Source of the DNA: an uncultured Eubacteriales bacterium | GTDB lineage: Bacteria > Bacillota > Clostridia > Oscillospirales > CAJFTT01 | Reading direction: 5' to 3' | Assembly: GCA_949284545.1 (NCBI GenBank) | Contig: CASDVX010000071.1 | Coordinates: 8,845-72,844 of the forward strand | DNA: 64,000 nucleotides | Part shown: one piece after another, positions 57,530 through 64,000 of the stretch | Position numbering within the stretch: the first letter of the stretch is position 1 | Layout: every line of letters begins with the position of its first letter | Made by a program: the position numbers and the translations under genes | Notes under the pieces: model-generated | What the model was told of the DNA's origin: nothing | Database searches by the model: none | What the model saw: the letters and a program-made list of their open reading frames with translations, nothing else

Positions 57530-58885
57530 TTATTCATTTTCCTTGGTTTCAGAAGAATTTTTATCTTCCGAAGCGGTATTTTTCTTTGCGGTCCCTTTTC
57601 CGGCGGAAGGCTTAACTGCAGACGATTTGACAAAATCAATAGCCTTGTTCATGGCAAGATCGGCTGATATGTCTTTAGCAGGGACACTTGCCTGTATTCT
57701 TTCCTTGTCAACTCCGTATCTTTCCGCCATTTTGTCCATCTCTGCATCCACTTCTTCATCCGAAACCACAATGTTTTCGGCTTTCGCGACTGCCTCAAGC
57801 GCCAGCCTGATTTTGACTTGCTTATCAGCCTGTTCACGAACAGAATCTCTCATGGCTGAAACTTCCATACCGGTGTATTTCATATACATTTCAAGATTCA
57901 TTCCCTGTGACTGGAGCCTGTAATCCATATCGGTAAGTATCTGATCTATGGCGTTTTCCACCATTACCTGAGGAATATCCACTTTCATATCCGCAACAAC
58001 TGCGTCAATGAGAGCATTTTCAAATTTTGTGTCGGCTTCCTTTTCTTTCTCCTCGATGAGTTTCCTCTCAATATCTTTCTTTAATTCATCAATGCTGTCA
58101 AATTCACTGACGTCTTTTGCAAATTCATCGTCCAACTCAGGCAATTCCTTGCACTTGATATCCTTGATGTTGATCTTAAACACCGCGGGTTTGCCTTTGA
58201 CTTCCTCAGAATGGTAGTCATCGGGGAAAGTAACGTTTATTTCAAAATTGTCCCCTACGTCGTGTCCCACCATCTGCTCTTCAAATCCGGGAATAAACTG
58301 GCCGGACCCGAGAACGAGGGAGAAATCCTCAGCCTTTCCGCCGTCAAACTGTTTTCCGTCAACATACCCGTCAAAATCAAACTCAACCGTATCGCCCATA
58401 GCGGTCTTTCTGCCTTCCACCGCTACCATGCGGGCATTTCTGTCTTGAAGGCGCTTAAGCTCCGCTTCAATTTCCTCGGCACCGACTTTTACTGATTCCT
58501 TTGCGCACTCAATGCCTTTATATTTCCCGAGAGTGACCTCCGGCTTGGTAAAAACGGTCGCGGTAAACGTGAACCCGTTTTCCTTGCTCACGGAAGTGAC
58601 CTCCATCTTGTCATGTCCCACCACTTCAAGGCCGGATTCCTTTATGGCGTCATCAAGTGCCTGAGGATAGAGCGCGTTTACCGCATCCTCAAAAAACACC
58701 TCGGAACCATACATTTTTTCCACAATAGCCATCGGGGCTTTACCAACCCTGAATCCCGGGACATTGATCTTACGTATATTCTTTTTGTAAGCCGCAGTTA
58801 CCGCAGCCGAGAATGATTGTGCGTCGACAGAGATCTCAAGTTCGTATTTGTTTACTTCCGGATTTGTTGTCTTTACCAAGCTCAT
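57530..58885 (-). CDS. tig: Trigger factor
   Basis: N-terminal ribosome-binding motif (PGFRVGKAP), an FKBP-type PPIase middle domain and an acidic C-terminus. GGGAGGA RBS. Confidence 0.95.
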   Translation of the reverse strand: MSLVKTTNPEVNKYELEISVDAQSFSAAVTAAYKKNIRKINVPGFRVGKAPMAIVEKMYGSEVFFEDAVNALYPQALDDAIKESGLEVVGHDKMEVTSVSKENGFTFTATVFTKPEVTLGKYKGIECAKESVKVGAEEIEAELKRLQDRNARMVAVEGRKTAMGDTVEFDFDGYVDGKQFDGGKAEDFSLVLGSGQFIPGFEEQMVGHDVGDNFEINVTFPDDYHSEEVKGKPAVFKINIKDIKCKELPELDDEFAKDVSEFDSIDELKKDIERKLIEEKEKEADTKFENALIDAVVADMKVDIPQVMVENAIDQILTDMDYRLQSQGMNLEMYMKYTGMEVSAMRDSVREQADKQVKIRLALEAVAKAENIVVSDEEVDAEMDKMAERYGVDKERIQASVPAKDISADLAMNKAIDFVKSSAVKPSAGKGTAKKNTASEDKNSSETKENE

Positions 58886-58975
58886 TTTGCTTCCTCCCAA
58901 ATGATTTGAAAAATCGTTTAATTATAGCACAATATCATATTTTTGCATAGATGGTTTTTTGAAAAAAGTATTAAT

Positions 58976-59665
58976 TTATAACACCTTCAACGGCACAAAT
59001 TTGAGATAATCGGCCGATACAAGCCTGTATTCGGTTCCGTTGAGTTCACCGTTAAACGCTCCTGCCGTTGCATGTCCGTGCAGGTGGCCGTAAAAGCATC
59101 TTTTCACATTGTAACGGCGCAGAGTATTCACAATTTCGTTACAGATCCTGTTTTTATATATGGGCGGAAAGTGAAGAAATGCTAATTTGTTTTCCGCTCC
59201 GCCGTTTTGTGCGGATGACAGAGACAAATCCAATCGGGTGACTTCTCTTGCTGCGACACGTTCCGAAAAGTTGTCTGCGTCTTCAAAAAACCAACCCCTT
59301 GCCCCGCAGACGGCGGTATCTTCATACACAAAATGGTTGTTTTGGAGAAATGAAATGCTGAATATGCCGTTTGCTTTTACAAAATCAGTGTTTTTTTTGA
59401 GCGTCGTCCACCAAAAATCATGGTTTCCTTTAATGAGAATCTTTTTCCCGGGCAGCGCGTCCACAAATTTAAAATCAGGCAGAGCCTCTTCAATTTTCAT
59501 AGCCCACGAAAAATCCCCCGGAATAACAACGGTATCATCGTTATTCACGAGATTTATCCAATTGTCCCTCAGCAATTCGGTATAATTTTCCCAACCGCCG
59601 AAAATATCCATTGGCTTTTTCACACCGAAAGACAGGTGCAGGTCCGCTATAACAAATAAAGACAT
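58976..59665 (-). CDS. Metallophosphoesterase family protein
   Basis: DLHL, GDF, GNHD and GHLH metal-binding motifs. Confidence 0.8.
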   Translation of the reverse strand: MSLFVIADLHLSFGVKKPMDIFGGWENYTELLRDNWINLVNNDDTVVIPGDFSWAMKIEEALPDFKFVDALPGKKILIKGNHDFWWTTLKKNTDFVKANGIFSISFLQNNHFVYEDTAVCGARGWFFEDADNFSERVAAREVTRLDLSLSSAQNGGAENKLAFLHFPPIYKNRICNEIVNTLRRYNVKRCFYGHLHGHATAGAFNGELNGTEYRLVSADYLKFVPLKVL

Positions 59666-59731
59666 GTAAATTTCTCCTCATAAAAACACGGGTGAGTTGG
59701 AATAATATGACTGAAACGGGGTGAAAATGAA

Positions 59732-59926
59732 ATGGATAACGACAAAAAACACGGTTGCGACAAAACCGGACTGAGTAACGGCAGTGTATGCTGTGACGTG
59801 ACCAACTGCCATTACCACTGCGGCGAGTACGGCTGCAAAGCCGAACAAATTAAAATCGGGCACGGTTTTGCGGCAAATTCATCAGATACCGTATGCGATA
59901 CCTTCAGACCTAAGACAGTTGACTGA
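59732..59926 (+). CDS. DUF1540 domain small Cys-rich protein
   Basis: VCCDVTNCHYHCGEYGCKAEQIKIG...SDTVCDTFRPK fits the DUF1540 pattern (V.C.V.NC.Y.....C.A..I.. ... T.C.TF). Confidence 0.6.
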   Translation: MDNDKKHGCDKTGLSNGSVCCDVTNCHYHCGEYGCKAEQIKIGHGFAANSSDTVCDTFRPKTVD

Positions 59927-59929
59927 TTT

Positions 59930-59971
59930 GAAAAGAAAACCCGCTGCGGGCATGCGGCGGGTTTTCTTTTC
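59930..59971. terminator. Bidirectional terminator between the DUF1540 gene and thrC
   Basis: GAAAAGAAAACCCGC / GCGGGTTTTCTTTTC 15-bp stem with a 12-nt loop. A-rich and T-rich arms serve both strands. Confidence 0.85.
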
Positions 59972-59979
59972 AGCGCACA

Positions 59980-61464
59980 TCATCGTAAACAAGCGAGGAC
60001 CTCTGCGTCCATGTCGGTCTTCTTGACAACTCTTTCAAATCTGACGGGCTTATTTCTCAACGACCACAAACGCGCTGGTATATCTGTGTCAGTCTCCGCG
60101 GACAATTCCCTGATAAGCTCAAATTCATCACCGCTTCCAATCCCGCCGTCAAGCGCAGAAAGGACACTTGCCGGAAATTTGTAAGGACTCGCTGTTGAAA
60201 CAATAAGCGTATGCGTGATATCTCCTGTGTCGTTTCGATATTTCCTGTAAACATTTTCTGCTACCGATGTATGCGGGTCCATAAGATAACCAAATTCTAC
60301 GAACGTGTTTCTTATAGTCTGCCTTGTTTCATCATCGGTGCTTGAGCCGCATGCAAAAAGGCTGCGGAGTCGGTCAAGAATGCTCCCATGAACCTCAAAA
60401 TATCCTCTGTTGGAGAGAGATTTATAAAGAGACTGTACATATTCGTCATCATATCCGCTTAAATCGAATATAAGCCTTTCAAGGTTCGAGGAAACCAGAA
60501 TATCCATGGAAGGTGAGATAGTATTATAAAATTCTCTGCGCTTGTTATAGACACCCGTGTTCAAAAACTCGGTCAGTACGTCATTTCTGTTGGAGGCGCA
60601 AATAAGCTTTTTTATGGGAATGCCCATTTTTTTTGCGTAGTACGCAGCCAGTATGTTGCCGAAATTTCCGGTGGGAACGCACACATTGAATCCGCCGCCC
60701 GGACGGATCGTTCCATTATCAACAAGCTGCAAATACGAATACACATAATAAACTATCTGTGGAACAAGTCTGCCCCAGTTGATGGAATTTGCGCTGGAAA
60801 ACGAGTACCCGCTGTCATCAAGTGCTTTTTTCATATCAGGGCTGTTGAAAATTCGTTTGACACCGGATTGTGCGTCGTCAAAATTGCCGTCGATACCGCA
60901 AACACGTACATTGCTGCCCTCTTGCGTAATCATCTGCAATTTCTGCATTTTGCTTACACCGTCCGAAGGGTAAAAAACAAGGATCTTCGTGTTTTTAACG
61001 TCTTTAAAGCCCTCCAACGCTGCTTTGCCGGTATCTCCGGACGTAGCGACAAGTATCAAAATCTTTTGGTCGCACTGCGATTTTTCCATACACTTCACGA
61101 GGAGCCTCGGGAGTATCTGCAGAGCCATATCCTTGAAGGCACAGGTGGGACCGTGCCACAACTCCAAAACAGACTGCTGTCTGTCAAGCAACCTTACGGG
61201 TGCAACTGATTCCGATTCAAACTTTAAATCTCCGTAGGCTCCGCGGATGCAGGCGGAGAGCTCCTTTGCGGAAAAATCAGGAAGAAATTTTGAGAGCACA
61301 AATTTTGCGCAGTCACAATAACTGCTGCCGATAAGGTTGTCTACGTTTTCCAGAAGAGGTGTTTCGGTGGGAACAAAGAGCCCGCCGTCGTCTGAGATAC
61401 CCTTCAGAATCGCCTCATACGAACGTATTCTCAGCTTGTTGTTTCTCGTACTTTGATAAAGCAT
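59980..61464 (-). CDS. thrC: Threonine synthase
   Basis: MLYQSTR start after a GGAGGA RBS, PLP-lysine context CAFKDMALQ, ~494 aa. Confidence 0.92.
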   Translation of the reverse strand: MLYQSTRNNKLRIRSYEAILKGISDDGGLFVPTETPLLENVDNLIGSSYCDCAKFVLSKFLPDFSAKELSACIRGAYGDLKFESESVAPVRLLDRQQSVLELWHGPTCAFKDMALQILPRLLVKCMEKSQCDQKILILVATSGDTGKAALEGFKDVKNTKILVFYPSDGVSKMQKLQMITQEGSNVRVCGIDGNFDDAQSGVKRIFNSPDMKKALDDSGYSFSSANSINWGRLVPQIVYYVYSYLQLVDNGTIRPGGGFNVCVPTGNFGNILAAYYAKKMGIPIKKLICASNRNDVLTEFLNTGVYNKRREFYNTISPSMDILVSSNLERLIFDLSGYDDEYVQSLYKSLSNRGYFEVHGSILDRLRSLFACGSSTDDETRQTIRNTFVEFGYLMDPHTSVAENVYRKYRNDTGDITHTLIVSTASPYKFPASVLSALDGGIGSGDEFELIRELSAETDTDIPARLWSLRNKPVRFERVVKKTDMDAEVLACLR

Positions 61465-61484
61465 TATGCGTTCCTCCAATGCGG

Positions 61485-61838
61485 TTACGTGCCGAAAGCT
61501 TCCTTATGTTGTACTATTTTTTCAACAACGGTTTGATCCTTCATGTAAACTTCAATTATATCAAACCTGAATTTGCGGTAAGTGACCTTAAAAGCGGCGA
61601 CGTATATCTGTGCAGAATGTATAATACGCTTTTGCTTAGCCACATTTACACACTCATACGCCGGAACAAACCGGCTGATCCTGGTCTTTACCTCCGTAAA
61701 AACCAGTGTGTCCCCGTCGGCGGATATGATGTCTATTTCGCCGAATCTGCAACGGAAATTCGTGGTTATGATCTCATGTCCGTGATCTCTCAAAAAACGT
61801 GTGGCAAGCACTTCGCCGTATGCTCCGAGCTTGTTCAT
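61485..61838 (-). CDS. yraN: YraN family endonuclease-like protein (UPF0102)
   Basis: GAYGEVLATRFLRDHGHEII ... GEIDIISADGDTLVFTEVKTR pattern. ATGA overlap with the rnhB stop. Confidence 0.85.
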   Translation of the reverse strand: MNKLGAYGEVLATRFLRDHGHEIITTNFRCRFGEIDIISADGDTLVFTEVKTRISRFVPAYECVNVAKQKRIIHSAQIYVAAFKVTYRKFRFDIIEVYMKDQTVVEKIVQHKEAFGT

Positions 61839-62452
61839 GATATAAACTTCCGTATAAAACTCATGCGGTGTATTTCGCACGGTCCGTATTCCTTTATTGC
61901 TGCAATATGCATAGCGGTGCCGTATCCCTTATGTTTTCCGAATCCGTATTGGGGATATTTTTCGTCATATTCCGAAAGAAGCCTGTCTCTGGTCACTTTT
62001 GCCATAATTGACGCCGCCGCAATATTTGCGCTGAGAGAATCCCCTTTTACAATAGTCAGCGTGTCAATAGTCAGCGCCGGGCTTTTGTCGCCGTCAATCA
62101 ACGCAATATCAGGCTGCACCGCCAATTTTTTTATTGCACGTGACATGGCAAGCTTTGTGGCATTCAGAATATTGATTTGTTCGATCTCCTCCACAGTAGC
62201 AAAGGCGACGGCACAGGATACGGCACAGCTGCGTATTACGTCAAAAAGCTGTTCCCGCTTTTTTTCCGAAAGCTTTTTTGAATCGTCCAATCCGTCAATG
62301 TTTTCACCAAACGGAAGAATAACGGCACCGGCGCACACAGGACCCGCCAACGGCCCCCTGCCCGCTTCATCGACGCCGCAGATGACTTTATATCCACGCT
62401 CCTCGGATAAGCGTTCATATGTCCATAAATCAACGTTCTCCCGGGCTTTCAA
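61835..62452 (-). CDS. rnhB: Ribonuclease HII
   Basis: GVDEAGRGPLAGPV catalytic motif and DSKKLS. Confidence 0.95.
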   Translation of the reverse strand: MKARENVDLWTYERLSEERGYKVICGVDEAGRGPLAGPVCAGAVILPFGENIDGLDDSKKLSEKKREQLFDVIRSCAVSCAVAFATVEEIEQINILNATKLAMSRAIKKLAVQPDIALIDGDKSPALTIDTLTIVKGDSLSANIAAASIMAKVTRDRLLSEYDEKYPQYGFGKHKGYGTAMHIAAIKEYGPCEIHRMSFIRKFIS

Positions 62453-63284
62453 GCGTTATCCTCCCCAGTAATCCTGCGCGAAACTCATCCATTAACACCG
62501 CTGCGGCTCGTTCAGTATCTGGTTCCGCTCCTTTTTTAAGGAAATTCCTCTTCAGGGCAATCCTTTCCAGCACCTCAAACACAAAATTTTCATACTCGAC
62601 GCCTATTCCGTAACGCTGCGGTATTGCATCGGGATATTTATCAATGAGAACCTCTATCAGACGCACGGCCAAGGTCTCGATATCCACAACGGTGTCCTTT
62701 ATTGCTCCGGTAAAAGCAAGCATTTCACCGACCTTCGGGTCATCAAATTTCGGCCATAAAACCCCCGGCGTATCAAGCAGTTCCACGCCGTCCCCCAAAT
62801 TTATCCACTGTTCGCCGCGCGTCACACCCGGCCGGTCCTCGGCCTTTATTTTTGAACTGCCTGTGAGGCGGTTTACCAGGGTGGACTTTCCAACGTTCGG
62901 CACACCGGCTATCATAATTCTTATTCCTCGACCGCTCATGCCGCCGGCTGCGTATTTTGCAAGTTTCTGTGAAAGCAATTCGCGAACTCCAGGAACAAAC
63001 AGTTTTATCCCGGAATTGTCCCTACATGATATTTCCAGTACCCGCAAACCTTTCTGCGAAAAATATCTGACCCACAGATCGGTTTTAGACCTGTCTGCCA
63101 TGTCTGACTTGTTCATCAGCAAAAGACGCGGTTTTCCGGAGATAAGCGTATCAATTTCAGGATTTCTGGAACTTATCGGTATTCTGGCATCAATTATTTC
63201 CGCCACTGCATCAACACTGTGTATGAGTTTTTCCATGTGGCGCCGGGTTTTTGTCATATGCCCGGGAAACCACTGAACAATCAT
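62430..63284 (-). CDS. rbgA: Ribosome biogenesis GTPase YlqF/RbgA
   Basis: IVQWFPGHMTK start. Circularly permuted GTPase motifs (NKSD before GVPNVGKST). Confidence 0.92.
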   Translation of the reverse strand: MIVQWFPGHMTKTRRHMEKLIHSVDAVAEIIDARIPISSRNPEIDTLISGKPRLLLMNKSDMADRSKTDLWVRYFSQKGLRVLEISCRDNSGIKLFVPGVRELLSQKLAKYAAGGMSGRGIRIMIAGVPNVGKSTLVNRLTGSSKIKAEDRPGVTRGEQWINLGDGVELLDTPGVLWPKFDDPKVGEMLAFTGAIKDTVVDIETLAVRLIEVLIDKYPDAIPQRYGIGVEYENFVFEVLERIALKRNFLKKGAEPDTERAAAVLMDEFRAGLLGRITLESPGER

Positions 63285-63309
63285 TTCTTCCGTAGTCTCA
63301 GCCTCCGTA

Positions 63310-63990
63310 TCAGTCGACAGGCCCAAAGACGGAGCCTTCGTATTCGGATGTGTCTCTGTAAACTCTAAAAATAACTTTGCCGAGGATCTGTCCGTACTCT
63401 ATGGCACCGACCTCACGACTGTCCGTTGAATTGCCTCTGTGATCTCCCATCACAAAAACACACCCCTCCGGCACGGTATACGGATACACCGTGGTGTCGG
63501 TTCTGGAACCGAATCCGAGCACTGGGTCCGTATATGCGTGTTCATCATCGATGGGGTTCCCATTCACATATACCGTGTCTGTAGTGTAATCTACGGTGAC
63601 CACGTCATTTTCCAGAGCAATCACACGCTTTATAAGCGGACGGTCCGGCACGTTCTCACGGGAAACGACAATTATATCTCCGTAATCCGGCTCATACAGG
63701 ATTCCGTTCAGGATCAAAACGTCACCGTTATAGAGGGTGTTGTTCATAGAATCGCCGTTGACTACGACGGGACGGAACAGAAAAGACATGATAAGTATAA
63801 AAACCACAAAATATAAGACGAGATCATCAATCCAGCCGAAAAGAAAATCCGGAGACATCCTGCTTTTTCCGTCTTTGTGGTTCGAATCCGTTTCGCCGAT
63901 ATCGCTGCTTTCAAGTGCGATTTCTCGGCCTGGTTCTTCGAAATCAATTGTTTTTTCCGTGTCCGGCATCACACAACGCCTCACTTTCAT
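63310..63990 (-). CDS. lepB: Signal peptidase I
   Basis: S26 motifs VNGDSMNNTL (catalytic Ser), KRVIALE and GDHRGNSTDSR. The start may be the ATG at 63969, which has a GAGG RBS. Confidence 0.9.
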   Translation of the reverse strand: MKVRRCVMPDTEKTIDFEEPGREIALESSDIGETDSNHKDGKSRMSPDFLFGWIDDLVLYFVVFILIMSFLFRPVVVNGDSMNNTLYNGDVLILNGILYEPDYGDIIVVSRENVPDRPLIKRVIALENDVVTVDYTTDTVYVNGNPIDDEHAYTDPVLGFGSRTDTTVYPYTVPEGCVFVMGDHRGNSTDSREVGAIEYGQILGKVIFRVYRDTSEYEGSVFGPVD

Positions 63991-64000
63991 ATATCAAAAG

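Noticed and set aside
61359-62471. 370-aa + strand ORF spanning the thrC 5' end, yraN and rnhB.
   Set aside because: It runs antisense to three well-supported, tightly packed minus-strand genes. It has no RBS and no recognisable domain, and its composition is typical of a shadow frame.

Overview
This 64-kb window is dense chromosomal sequence from what looks like an endospore-forming Firmicute of the class Clostridia, judged only from gene content and synteny. I call about 70 protein genes, and almost all are core housekeeping. No rRNA, tRNA, CRISPR array, IS element or prophage was recognised. Left to right the window holds: rel(3' part)-dtd-MBL hydrolase-hemZ-like-mtnN; a B. subtilis-like yabM/mazG/(hup)/yabO/yabP/yabQ/divIC/yabR sporulation-division cluster; an orphan Fe-S hydro-lyase alpha subunit; a THUMP methyltransferase; groES-groEL behind a perfect CIRCE operator; an AGCS symporter; nrdR; DUF421/DUF4363; a split chrA pair with a divergent LysR regulator; uvrB-uvrA; an uncharacterised operon of a DUF5685-like protein, a J-domain protein and a membrane protein; comEA; rpiR-flavoprotein-cmk-plsC-ispH::rpsA fusion; a polysaccharide deacetylase; a stand-alone tyrosine recombinase; and crp/fnr-trxA-CoA-disulfide reductase with a rhodanese domain. 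An unbroken minus-strand run follows: a feoA-feoB-small Cys-rich gene locus; a MacA/MacB-like pair; radA; cwlD; membrane proteins; proC; yajC; hslO; lysA; engB-lon-clpX-clpP-tig; thrC; and yraN-rnhB-ylqF-lepB. I see no obvious novel multi-gene defence or mobile system. The observations most worth follow-up are: (1) feoB is broken by two frame shifts, the first exactly in an A9 slippery run, while its partner genes are intact, including an unlisted 57-aa gene. (2) A repeated 9-4-9 palindrome resembling a DtxR/IdeR iron box occurs twice in the feo locus. (3) A perfect 32-bp palindrome with an asymmetric core lies just upstream of the lone tyrosine recombinase, inside a zone where gene orientation converges, which may mark the replication terminus. 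(4) A conserved but uncharacterised operon encodes a J-domain protein ending in a cysteine string. (5) Tandem NrdR-box-like sites precede nrdR itself, with no nrd gene nearby. All functional calls rest on motif and synteny recognition by eye, and no database search was run.
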